From assembly GCF_030028105.1 (NCBI RefSeq), contig NC_092380.1:70181717-70245716 (forward strand): a DNA stretch of 64,000 bases, in the 5' to 3' direction. The number at the start of each line of letters is the position of its first letter. The first letter of the stretch is position 1. This stretch comes from Mobula birostris (Eukaryota). A program made the translations under genes and the position numbers. Positions 46,970-59,420 of this stretch are shown here, one piece after another. The notes under the pieces were generated by a model that was not told where the DNA came from, ran no database searches, and was given only the letters and a program-made list of their open reading frames with translations.

Positions 46970-48380
46970 AACCATAAAACGTAGGAGCAGAATTAGGCCA
47001 TTTGGCCCATTGAGCCTGCTCCACCATTCAATCATTGCTGATCCTTTTTTTTCTCCTCCTCAGCCCCACTCCCTGGCCTTCCTTTGATACTGTGGCCAAT
47101 CAAGAACCCATCAATCACCACCTTAAATACACCCAAAAACCTGGCCTCCACAGCTGCCTGTAGTAACAAATTCCACAAATTCACCACCCTGTAGCTAAAA
47201 AAAAATTCTCCATATCTCTGTTTTAAATGGGCACCCCTTTATCCTGAGGCTGTGCCCTCTTGTCCTAGACTCCCTCACCATGGGAAACATTGTTTCCTCA
47301 TCTACTCTGTTTAGGCCTTTCAACATGTGAAAAGTTTCAATGAGATCACCCCTCATCCTTCTAAATTCCAGCAAGTGCAGGACCAGATCCATCAAATGCT
47401 CCTCATATGATAACCCTTTCATTTCTCAAATCATCCTTGTGAGCCTCCTCTGAACCTTCTCCAATGGCAGCACATTTCTTCTTCGATGAGGAGCCCAAAA
47501 CTGTTCACAATACTGAAGGTGAAGCCTCACCAGTGCCTTATACAGCCTAAGCATCAGATCCCTGCTCTTGTATTCCAGACCTCATGAAATGAATGCGAAC
47601 ATTGCATTTGCCTTCCTCACCACTGACTTAACTTGTAAGTTAACCTTTACAGTGTTCTGCACAAGGACTCCTAAGTCTCCTTGCATCTCAGATTTTTAGA
47701 TTTTCTCTGTACTTAGAAAATAGTCTGCACATTTATTTCTTCTATTAAAGTGCATAACCATGCATTTTCCAGCATTGTATTTTATTTGCCACTTTCTTGC
47801 CCATTCCCCTAATCTGTCTATGTCCTTCTGCAGCCTTCCTGTTTCTTCAAACCCCTCCACCAATCTTAGTATCATCTGTAAACATGGCAACAAAGCCATC
47901 TATTCCATCATCTGAACCATTGATTACAACATAAAAAGAAATGGTCCCAACACCGACCCCTGCAGAACACCACTAGTCACTGGCACTCAACCAAAAAAGG
48001 ATCCTTTTCTTCCCACTTGCTGCCTCCGGCCAATCAGACAATGCTCTAACCATAGTAGCAACTTTCTTGTAACACCATGGGCTCTTAGTTTGGTAAGCAG
48101 CTTTATGTGTGGCACTTTGTCAAAGGCCTTCTGAAAATCCAAATATACAACATCCACAGCATCCTCTTTATCCATCCTACTTGTAATTTCCTTAAAGCAG
48201 GTTTGTCAGGCAGGATTTTCCCTCAAGAAAACCATGCTGACTTTGTCCTATCTTGTCCTGTGTCACCAAGTACCCCATAACCTCATCTTGAGCAATTGAC
48301 TCCAACATCTTCCCAGCCACTGTCAGGCTAATAGTCTATAATTTCCTTTCTGTTGCCTCTCTCCTTTCTTAAAGAGTGGA
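46970..48380 (-). mobile_element. CR1 RT fragment to 3' end
   Basis: DVVYLDFQKAFDKVPH, WARKWQIKYN and RTRGHSLRIKG. Confidence 0.85.
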
Positions 48381-48709
48381 GTTGTTGACAGATGCTTCTG
48401 TAGAGAACCATGCTTCAAGAAATTCTCGTTCTTGTCTTGTTCTTGCTTGAGTCAAGACTCTGGCTTGAAATGGTATCCTTTTTCATTTTCATGAGATGAT
48501 ACTAGCTGGAGTGGGTCATGACTTCTGCTCGCTAGCTGCTGCTTGTGTATCCTTGTCAACAGTTTTCTTCCTGGTTAGCCAGCATAGTACTTGTTGGAGT
48601 CACTACACTACATTTTGTAGATAACATTTGTTCTGTTCGTCACATTTTGTTGCTCTTTGAGTGTTGATAGTTTCATCCTCAAAGCTGCAGTCGACAAAGA
48701 CATTGACAT

Positions 48710-48918
48710 AGATCCGGTATATGAACCCTTACGGAGAAATGAACTGCTAGTAATCTCGGTATCTGGACAGCGAAGCAAACACTTCTGATGGACCTCCCTT
48801 GAAACTAACCAAGCAGAATCTTCTAAACTGTTCACAGGGTTGAACCAGCCAACCAGATCATGACGTCTAATCAATATCCATTCGGACCCCTGAGGAGTAC
48901 ATAAGCCGGCATTCTGAG
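48710..48918 (-). repeat. Right arm of the inverted repeat
   Basis: Its reverse complement aligns to 46150-46387 at roughly 80% by eye, with two indels. Confidence 0.85.
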
Positions 48919-49450
48919 AAGACAACACCCTAAACTGCGCATTGATGCTGGCTTCTCGACTGGAGTCGAAACGTCTACAAACATCTTGTCAAGCTTAGCG
49001 ATCAAACAATCTTCCAAACAGCCATTCTCATGTTTAATAATCAAATCCTCCAAATTCACTTCCTATTATACAGCACTACAACCTTCAGTTCTCTTCCTCC
49101 ACTCTGAACTCCTGGTCATCTTTCAATAATAATACTATTAATATTCAAAATCTACATTGGCTATCAACTGCTTCTAAGTCTGGAATTCAGTTTTTACATT
49201 TCTGTTACTCTTCTCCATTTTTCAAAATGTCTATTAAAACCTATAACTTTAATTCAATTTATGGTCATCTGTCCTTGATCCATAATGGGCTTTAGTTAAA
49301 ATTTAATTTGATAACACACTTATAAAGGGCCTTGAGACATCTTTGTCCCAAATAGCCTGCATATGCAACTGATGTGCTGTTGTTTGGGGAGCTATTTCAG
49401 AAGTTGGACTTGATACTCAGAGGCAACAAGTGGAACAAAATCGCATTTAC

Positions 49451-49765
49451 CTCAAAATGTTAAATGAAACTTTTGTTCTATTCTTTTGCTTGTCTCTGAG
49501 TGAGATATTGCACATCTGACTTCCAAGTCCCGATCAGATCGTTCTGAAGTAAATTCTATGCTGGTTGTTGAAGAAAACAGACCACTTGCAGTAATCTGAG
49601 GTTGACTATTAGTCACAGGTCCTGTGAAGGGTTGTTCTCCTTTGAACCACTTCACTTCAATTTCCAGTGGTACATGATTGGTCAGTGAAACTGTGAAAGT
49701 AGCCATTTTGTTTTCCTCCAGATGTGTTGGGTTGCACTTGATTTCAGACACAGTGGGGAAATGTC
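49451..49765 (-). CDS. Second C1-type Ig exon of gene A, ending in TGA (49452-49454)
   Basis: Acceptor ccactttaAG (49766-49767), donor G|GTAAAT (49449-49450), 315 nt, phase 1/1. Contains P.EIEVKWFK, GLFSSTTSIEF and VRCAISH. Joins the upstream exon in frame (G+GA = Gly). Confidence 0.85.
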
Positions 49766-50779
49766 CTTAAAGTGGAACACAACATGGAAATATAGTCAGT
49801 CCCATTGACTAGAGCTGATTGTTCATCTCAAAATTCTGACAAATAAATTTTCCCAAGTTAAGATAAATATAAGTTTAATGTAGAAATTTCAAATACTAAA
49901 GCTGATACAGTAGACAAGACTACTATAGATTAAAGCATCTGAAAAAATGACGTATCACGTATATTCAAGTAAATGTTCAAAACGGCACCATTTAAAGGCT
50001 AAATAAATGTCAGCAGGCCTACATAAATCCTTAATCAGGAAGGAATATAGGAGTAGAAAGTGGAAACAACAAGATTTATTAGGTAAAGATATTTTCTAGA
50101 GTTTAATAAAAATTATACACTTTCAGGATGGGCAAATAAAGGCATGAATTAGTGAGCAGTTGGAAAAGATGTTAACAGTTCACATGGGAAACTAGGTTGG
50201 TTGTGTTTCTGATGAATAGCCAATAACAAGTGTTAAGAAACATAACTTTTACAATGTAGTATTGAGATGCCTTGAGCAACTCTTATTAGTGATTCTAAAT
50301 ATCACATCTGGACCCTTGTTTCCAATGACATCATACATTTACTGAGAGGAGTAAAAGTGGGTAATTGAACAAACTCCAATCCTCAAACGGAATATTTGAT
50401 CCTATTATACCCAGTAATCTCATAGGTGAGGATTTATAAAAGGCAGCTAAGAGTTAACATATTGCTTTGGTTCTGGAGTATGTATAAGCCAGGTTTGCCA
50501 AAATAGCACTCTTCCACCTCAAAGTCCATTAGTAAATCAAATAGGTTTAAAAATGGTTCTATAAATTTTTTTAAAAATCCTAAAATTGCTAAAAATGTAC
50601 TTTGCGCTCAAGGCTACAATAATGTCCCATCTAATTCATATGTTGGAAGGTTCAAAATTTGAAATGTTGAAAAATTAAGTGAAATATGACACTGATTCAG
50701 TCACATGCTCAGCTTTTAACATGGATGTAAAGTGTACTTGGTTTATTGAGTTATCGGATAATCGGAGCAGCCACTTAAG

Positions 50780-53545
50780 AGTCACAGAGTTATAGAACCC
50801 TACAGCATAGAACCAGGCCCTTCGGCTCATCTAGACCATGCTGATCCATTGATCTGCTTAGTCCCATTGACCTTCACCTGGACCATAACCCTACATACCT
50901 CTCCCATCCACATACCTATCCAAATTTCTCTCAAATGTTGAAATCGAACCTGCATCCACCACTTGTGCTGACAGCTCATTCCACATTCTCACCACCCTCT
51001 CAGTGAAGAAGTTTCCCCTTGTGTACCCCTTAACAATTTCACTTTTCACCCTTAACCAATTACCACTAGTTCTAGTCTCACCTAACCTCACTGGAAAAAG
51101 CCCGCTTGTATTTACACTATCAATACTACTCATAATTTTTCTGTATCTCTATCAAATCTCCCCTAAATTTTCTACGTTCTAGGGAATAAAGTCTTAACCT
51201 ATTTAAACTTCTCCTATAACTCAGGTCAAGTGCAGGCAGCATGCTTGTAAATTTTCTTTGCACTCTTTCAATCGTATTTACATCTTTCCTGTAGGTAGGT
51301 GACCAAAACTGCACACAATACTCCAAATTAGACCTCACCAACATCTTATACAATTTCAACATAATATCCCAATTCCTATACTCAATACATTGATTAATGA
51401 AGGCCAATGTTCCAAAAGCTTTCTTTACGACTCTATCTAAATGTGATGCCATTTGCAGGGATTTATGGATCTGTATTCCCAGATTCCTCTGTTCTACTAC
51501 ACTCTTTAGTGCCCTACCGCTCATCAGGTAAGACTTACCCAGGTTGGTGCTCCCAAAGTGCAACACTTCACACTTGTCTGCATTAAATTCCGTTTGCCTG
51601 CTGGTTCAGATCCTGCTACATGCTTTGATAGTCTTCCTTGCTGTCCACTACACCACCTAACCGTAGTGTCATCGGCAAAATGGCTGATCCGGTTTACTAC
51701 ATTATTATACAGATCATTGATGTAGATGACAAACAACAATAGACCCAGCACTAATCCCTGTGGTACACTACTAGTCATAGGCTTCCAGTCAGAGAAGCAA
51801 CCATTTACGACCTCATCATGAATGCCAAGTGACTGAGCCTTCTTGACCGACCTCCCATGCAGCAATTCATCAAAGGCCTCACTAAAGTCCATGTGGACAA
51901 TCTCCACTACCTTGCCTTAATCAACATTACTGGCTTGTTCCTCAAAAAACTCTATAGAATTGGTTAGACATGCACAAAGCCATGTTGACTATCACTAATC
52001 AATCCCTACCTATCCAAATACTTATATATCTGGACCTTTAAACCACCCTCCAATAACATTCCCACTACTGATTTTGTGGTGTATTCATAGAGCCTTTCGT
52101 AAACAATGGAACAACATTAGCTATCCTCCAATTCTCTGGAACCTCACCAGTAACTAAGGATGTTTTAAATATCTTTCCTAGGGTCCCTACAATTTCTGCT
52201 CTAGCCTCCCACAGGGTCCAGGGAAATACCTTGTTAGGCCCTGGGGATTTATCCATCCTAACTTGCATCAAGATAGCAAATATGTCTTCCTCTGTAATCT
52301 GTATAGGGTCCAAGACCTCGCTGCTGCTTAGCCTCACATCTATAGACTATGTGTCCATCTTCCAATTAAATACAAATGTAAAAAAATCCATTCAAGATCT
52401 CCCCCATCTCTTTTGGTTTCACTTATAGATTACCACTTTCATCTTCCAGGGGACCAATGTTGGTCCTTTGCTATCCTTTTGGTTTTAATATATCTGAGAA
52501 GACCTTGGGATTCTCCTTCACCTTGTCTGCTAGAGAAACCTCATGCCTTCTTTTAGTCCTCCTGATTTTCTTCTCAAGTGTTGTCTTGCATTTCTTCTAC
52601 TCAAGAACCTCATTTGTTCCTGCCTGTCTATAACATACCTGCTATGCTCTTCCATTTTTGTCTTAATCAGCACCTCAATATCTTTCGAAAACTTAAGGTT
52701 ACTAAACCTGTTATCCTTGCCTTTTATTCTGACAGGAGCATACAAACTCAGTACTTCCAAAGTTTCACTTTTGAAAGCCTCCTGATTACCAAGTACACCG
52801 CAGTCAGAAAACAGTCTGTCCCAATTCACACTTGCCAGATCCTCTCTGATACCATCAGAATAGACCTTTCTCCAATTTAGAATCTCAACCTATGGACCAG
52901 ATCTATCTTTTTGCATATTTACTTTGAAAGCAATGGCATTGTGGTCACTGGATGTAAAGTGTTCTCATAAACAAACTTCTGTCACCTGCCCTGTTTCATT
53001 CCCTAATAGCAAATCAAATATTGCACACACTCTCATTGGGACTTCTATGTACTAATTAAGGAAACTTTCCTGAACACATTTGACAAATTCTATCCCATCA
53101 AGCCCTTATGGGAGTACCAGTCAATATGTGGAAGTTTAAAATCACCTATTACAACCTCATGTTTCCTGTAAAAGTCAGCAATCTCTCTACACATTTGCTC
53201 CTCTTAAATCCTGTGGAGTGTTGGGTGGTCCATAATATAATCCCATTAATGTGCTCATGCGTTTCTTAACCTTCGGTTCTACTCATAAAGCCTCACTGAA
53301 CAAGATCTCCTGTCTGAGCACTACCACGACACCCCTCCCTCCTCTAATCCCTCCTGCTCTATCACATTTGAAACAATTTAACTCCAGAACATTGACCTGC
53401 CAGTCCTGCCCCTCCTGCAACAAAGTCTAATAGCTACAATGTGCTGATCCATGCCCTAAATTCATCCGCTTTTCTACAATACTCCTTGCATTGAAATATA
53501 CGCAGATCATAACATTAGTCCCACCATGTTCAAACTACTGATTCC
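50780..53545 (-). mobile_element. Degenerate CR1 ORF2 (EN to 3' end)
   Basis: CVYFNARS near 53490-53510, MDKSPGP, DFSEAFD, LEYCVQFWSP, and a 3' UTR with ggcccttcggc. Confidence 0.85.
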
Positions 53546-53554
53546 CAATTTTGT

Positions 53555-56500
53555 ATGTAGGATTTGGAAACTGTTTATTTTAATGCTAGGAGCATCATAA
53601 GAAAGGTGAATGAGCTCAGAGCATGGATTGATACCTGGAAGTATGATGTTGTAGCTATTAGTGAAACATGGTTTCAGGAGGGGTGTGATTGGCAACTAAA
53701 TATTCCTGGATTTCATTGCTTCAGGTGTGATAGAATCGGAGGGACAAGAGGGGGAGGTGTTGCATTGCTTGTCAGAAAGAATATTACAGTTGTGCTCTGG
53801 CAGGATAGATTAGAGGGCTTGTCTAGGGAGGCTACTTGGGTGGAATTGAGGAATATGAAAGGTGTAGTAACACTTATAAGGGTGTATTATAGACCACTTA
53901 TTGGGGAGCGAGAATTGGAGGAGCAAATTTGTAAGGAGATAGCAGATATCTGTAGTAAGCACAAGGTTGTCATTGTGGGAAATTTTAATTTTCCACACAT
54001 AGACTGGGAAGCCCATACTGTAAAAGTGCTGGATGGTTTGGAGTTTGTAAAATGTGTGCAGGATAGTTTTTGGCAGCAATACATAGGGGTACCAACTAAA
54101 GAAGGGGCAGTGTTCGATCTCCTATTAGGGAATGAAGTAGGTCAGGTGACAGAGGTATGTGTTGGGGAGCACTTCGGGTCCAGTGATCACAATGCCATTA
54201 GTTTCAATATAATTATGGAGAAGGATAGGTCTGGACCCAGGGTTGAGATTTTTGATTGGAGAAAGGCTAACTTTAAGGAGATGCGAAAAGATTTAGAAGG
54301 AGTGGATTTGGTTTATGGGAAGAATGTAATTGAGAAATGGAGGTCATTTAAAGGTGAAAGTTTGAGGGTTCAGAATCTTTAGGTTCCTGTTAGGTGGAAA
54401 GGAAAGGTTAAAAGTTTGAGAGAGCCAAGGTTTTCATGGGATATTGGAAACTTGGTTCGGAATGTGACGAAAGACCAAGTTATCAGAAGATTGATGCTAA
54501 TGAGAGAGATAAGTGAGACAATGGGGCAGAATTCAGAAATGTTAATGAGAGACGAGAGAGATTAATGAAAAGAGATACAGTTCCGAGTAATGTCAGACCG
54601 GTTCCTTTGAACCTGAACTGTTTGAAGTTTGATGGACAGGCGATACCTCAGCAGGGGGATGAAAGGAACAGGTTCGCTAAGGCAACAGACACCACGAGAT
54701 CACGAGATAACGAGACCCTGGAAGTGCAGTGTGCCCCCACAAGTTGGTGGGAGTTTTGGAGGTCTGGTTGCGGGACCGACCATAGATGCACAGGGTGAAA
54801 AGGTACGATCAGCGGGAACCTGGTGTGTGTGTCCGCCCTTGCCTGGGTGCCGGGTTCACCGCGGAAGGACGATCGTATCCGGAACGGATGGGTCACAGTC
54901 GGTGACCTCAGAAGACAGTAAAAGGTCTCGCCCGAAAGCTAACTGCGAGGAACATCAAAGGTCTGTTTTGAATCAGGAAATTTGCATATTTGCTCTCTCT
55001 CTCTCCAACGGCACAACAACGATTACTGCGAACTGTACTAAGCTGAACTGAACTCTGCGTCACTTGAGACAGATCATTTTACCCCTAGACTGCGATAGGG
55101 CTTGGTTGATTCCTATTATCCTAGTTCTGTGTACATGTGTGTTTTACCATTGCTAACCTGTTGCATTTATATCCTTACTATTAGAGTACTGTGTTACTTA
55201 TTTCTTTAATAAAACTTTCTTAGCTCCAGTAATCCAGACTCCAACTAAGTGGTCCATTTCTGCTGGTTTGGCAACCCAGTTACGGGGAACGTAACAGGAA
55301 AAAGAGAGATATCTACAATAAATATAGGCAGCATGGAGTAAATTAGGTGCTCGAGGAATATAAAGAATGTAAAAAGAATCTTAAAAAAGAAATTAGAAAA
55401 GCTAAAAGAAAATATGAGGTTGCTTTGGCAAGTAAGGTGAAAATCAATCCAAAGGGTTTCTACAGTTATATTAATAGCAAAAGGATAGTGAGGGATAAAA
55501 TTGGTCCCTTAGAGAATCAGAGTGGACGGCTATGTGTGGAACCAAAAGGGATGGGGGAAGATTTTAAACAATTTCTTTTCTTTGGTATTCTCTAAGGAGA
55601 AGGATATTGAATTGTGTAAGGTAACAGAAACAGGTAGGGAAGTTATGGAAATTATGATGATTAAAGCAGAGGAAGTATTGGTGCTTTTAAGGAATATAAA
55701 AGTGGATAAGTCTCCAGGTCCTGAAAGGATATTCCCTAGGACCCTGAGGGAAGTTAGTGTAGAAATAGCAGGGGCTCTGACAGAAATATTTCAAATGTCA
55801 TTAGAAACGGGAATGATGCCGGAGGATTGGTGTATTGCTCATGTTGTTCCATTGATTAAAAAGGGTTCTAAGAGTAAACCTAGCAATTATCCGCCTGTAA
55901 GTTTGATGTCAGTGGTGGGTAAATAAATGGAAAGCATTCTTAGGGATGGTATATATAATTATCTGGATAGTCAGGGTCTGATTAGGAACAGTCAACATGG
56001 ATTTGTGCGTGGAAGGTCATGTTTGACAAATCTTATTGAACTTTTTTGAAGAGGTTACTAGGAAAGTTGACGAGGGTAAAGCGGTGGATGTTGTCTATAT
56101 GGACTTCAGTAAGGCCTTTGACAAGGTTCCACATGGAAGGTTAGTTAGGGAGGTTCAATTGTTAGGTATTAATATTGGAGTTGTAAAATGGATTCAACAG
56201 TGGTTGGATGGGAGACACCAGATAGTAGTAGTGGATAACTGTTTATCAGGTTGGAGGCCGGTGACTGATGCAGTGGTAAATTGGATTAGTAAGTATGCAG
56301 ATGATACTAAGGTAGGTAGCATTGTGGATAACGAAGTAGGCTTTCATAGCTTGCAGGGAGATTTAGGCCAGTTAGAAGAGTGGACTGAAAGATGGCAAAT
56401 AGAGTTTAATCCTGATAAGTGTGAGGTGCTACATTTTGGTAGGACAAATCAAAATAGGACATACATGGTAAATGGTAGGACACTGAAGAATGCAGTAGAA

Positions 56501-57180
56501 CAGAGGGATCTAGGAATAATGGTGCATAGTTCCCTGAAGGTGGAATCTCATGTGGATAGGGTGGTGAAGAAAGCTTTTGGTATGCTGGCCTTTATAAATC
56601 AGAGCATTGAGTATAGGAGTTGGGATGTAATGTTAAAACTGTACAAGGCATTGATAAGGCCAAATTTGGAGTATTGAGTACAATTCTGGTCACCGAATTA
56701 TAGGAAAGATGTCAATAAAACTAGAGAGAGTATCGAGAAGATTTACCAGAATGTTACCTGGGTTTCAGCACCTGAATTACAGAGAGAGGTTGAACAAGTT
56801 GGGTCTTTATTCTTTGGAGCGTAGAAGATAGAGGAGGGATATGATAGAGGTATTTAAAAATATTAGGGGGATAGATGGAGTTGACATGGATAGGCTTTTT
56901 CCATTGAGAGTAGGGGAGATTCAAACAAGAGGACATGGGTTGAGAGTTAAAGGGCAAAAGTTTAGGGGTAATATGAGGGGGAACTTCTCTACTCAGAGAG
57001 TGGTAGCCGTGTGGAACGAACTTCCAGTAGAAATGGTAGAGGCAAGCTTGATATTGTCATTTAAAGTAAAATTGGAATGGAATAGAGGGTTATGGGCTGA
57101 GTGCAGGTCAGTGGGACTAGTTGAGAGTAAGCTTTTGGCACGGGCGGGAAGGGCTGAGATGGCCTATTTCCATGCTGTAT
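53555..57180 (+). mobile_element. CR1 ORF2 (EN to 3' end) interrupted by a solo LTR
   Basis: ORF 53564-54382 is the endonuclease (YFNARSI, VVAISETW, GNFNFP, SDHN). ORF 56036-56677 is RT (DFSKAFDKVPH, YADD). A 3' UTR follows. Confidence 0.9.
54463..55296 (+). mobile_element. Solo LTR of the Gmr1-type family at 9438-14296
   Basis: Reverse complement of the 9438-10267 LTR, with TG...CA ends and TSD GGAA (54459-54462, 55297-55300). Confidence 0.93.
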
Positions 57181-57184
57181 GGGG

Positions 57185-57580
57185 ATGGGGAGGAGGTCTG
57201 GTCCCTGCACACATAGCACGGAGGCCCAGCAGCACGTAGACATGCCTTGGTGCTCGTGAACCAGATCCCCAGCTATAGGTAAATAGCCCCAATGCCTTGT
57301 GAGCAGCCTCAGGAGAGACAAAGGCCACGGGAGTAAACCCAGACAGCAAATCCGGAGTGGAGCCCTTAAGGTGGCTGGACAATATTGAACATTCATCCGG
57401 CAGCTCCTGCAGCCATACTTGTGCCAAATGTATTGTTTCATCAGCTTTCCTTTGGACTACACTGGTGAGGCCAAGAGAGGGATCTTGATGACTGGGCATC
57501 TCAGGATCTCCATATCTTCTGACAGGCTTGTGATGATGGTCATCATCACTCCTTGTCCTTCAAGACAGATAGATGCCAAC
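57185..57580. mobile_element. Probable RTE-type non-autonomous fragment
   Basis: ggagtaaacccagacagcaaatccggagtggagccc resembles RTE 5' UTR sequence as recalled; no coding motif. Confidence 0.3.
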
Positions 57581-57829
57581 CAATAACATAAAAACAAAAT
57601 AATTGAAAGAAGTTCCTTGCCTACTCTTTAACCCACATTAAAAAGAATGTGATCTCAGATCCTGAAGCAGGTTGGATCTGACACATTCAGAACATAAAAA
57701 CACACACATTTCAGTGTAACAATTTTGTGGTATTAAATGTGTGAAATTTTGACATGTTGATAGCTATAGAAATATGTAGCTCTCTAAAACAGTATAAATG
57801 CAGAAATTAAGAATACATTGAATTCATAC

Positions 57830-58153
57830 CTCCAAGGTGCAATGTGTGAAAAATCCTTGTAGGTCTGTGAGAATTTGGAAAATGAAGAGCCTCAACTTTG
57901 AAATCAATTTGACGATCTTCTACTGAAATTATGTATTTATATCGACTGTCACTGTAGAAGAAGCCAGTATTTTTATCTATCTCTGGGGTGGTAGAAATTA
58001 TTTCATTATCATCAATCCTCTTATCATTTTTGAACCACATAAACATGACATTCTCTGGAAAGAAGCCATAAGCAACGCATAGGAATGTTGCTTTGTTTCC
58101 TGGCTCTGGGTATTGTGGTTCAACCGTCATGTTGTCCATTAATGGAGAAGATA
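57830..58153 (-). CDS. C1-type Ig exon of gene A (B7/tapasin/SIRP-type constant domain)
   Basis: Acceptor tatttacAG (58154-58155), donor G|GTATGA (57828-57829), 324 nt, phase 1/1, open. Contains FLCVAYGFFPENVMFMWFKN and TGFF..DS. Confidence 0.87.
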
Positions 58154-59420
58154 CTGTAAATATCAAAATAAATTGTTAAGTGAAGTGGTTTTACAACCTA
58201 CTTAAATAACCCAAACAAAATTATACAAGAAAACAGTCACAATTATCTTGAATTTGAGCTACCAAGATTAGCATTTCAGCATGGAAAAGTATTGGACTTG
58301 CATTACTGAGAAACCTTTGGGCTGAGATGAGTCTGTAGCCAGACAAGAGATAGGGAACATGGCAGCTCCATCGCATCCATCAGAAGGTGCAGAATGCAGA
58401 ATGACATCACATAGAGCCGCTGCCCCTTCTCCCCAGCATGTCTCTTACTGGCCATAACATTCAGAATGCAACCTTAAGCCACATAATTCAGTGCTAGACA
58501 ATGATATAGCTGCTGCACATTCCCTAGGTGTCTCTCTCCAGGTGGCTATGAGACCATTTCAACTATTTTAATGCTGCTGCAAAAGTCTAGTTTCTCAAAG
58601 AGATTTCAAGCACAGCAGAAACTGGGTGTGTGAAGGGTGGGTGCAGGGGTTTTCTCTGTGACTCACAGAATGGAGCTGCCAATAACACATCCATATACAT
58701 TTCTATAATAACCCATTTTAACTATAATTATTCTACTCGTATTCTCATTCTTGAGAATGTATTGACTCATAAAGCAAGGTGGCAGTGTAGTTTCTCAGTC
58801 CACCTCAATCCTAACTCTCTTCTCATATTTTGCCCTGATCAATGTCTCAATCACAAAGCTTAGCTTTTTTTTCTCTGATCTGTTTAAAAAACTCTAATAA
58901 CTTCTGACAATCTCCTTGTCCCTTTGTCTACCACTCCATACACTTTCACTCTGCTCTACAGACTTGAATTTTCTCCCGGTGCTAAATATTTCCTTTCCCT
59001 ACTTCCTCTTTTAATTAGAATAAATATATTCCATTTGTCAGTAGAGTGCTTGCTCACTCAATTTAAGTGTACCATGTCTCAACAGAACAATCTCAAAAGA
59101 ATGCTAAATCCTATGAATCAAGGCCCTTGCTGCCCATACAACTTAAATCATAGATTTAATATGCTACTTGCTTGTACCTGTATCAATTTGATCAAGGATA
59201 ATATAGAGAACTCAGCTCAAGTATTTAATACTGATAGATTTACATCTAAATCTAACTTCTGAAACTCTCTCAGCAGAACCACATTCCAAACATATTTCAT
59301 AATTGATAAAAACCAACAAAGAAAACTGAGCATTCTTCCTCCAGTTTTGCCAGCAGTGAATCCCGAACCTGGTATGCATCTGCGCATCAATCTAATAGGT
59401 TACCCATTCCACTAACAGTA

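Noticed and set aside
48608-49062. ORFs 48871-49059 and 48608-48928 as a coding cytoplasmic-tail exon of gene A
   Set aside because: They lie after the stop. The acceptor at 49063-49064 is weak, and a phase-1 join would read only GSEFGGFDY-stop. There is no TM segment, and the inverted copy at 46150 preserves no frame. It may still be 3' UTR.
961-58153. All four Ig-gene exons as one transcript
   Set aside because: A stop at 49452, followed by an independent CpG island, Kozak ATG and leader exon at 29.5 kb, indicates two genes.
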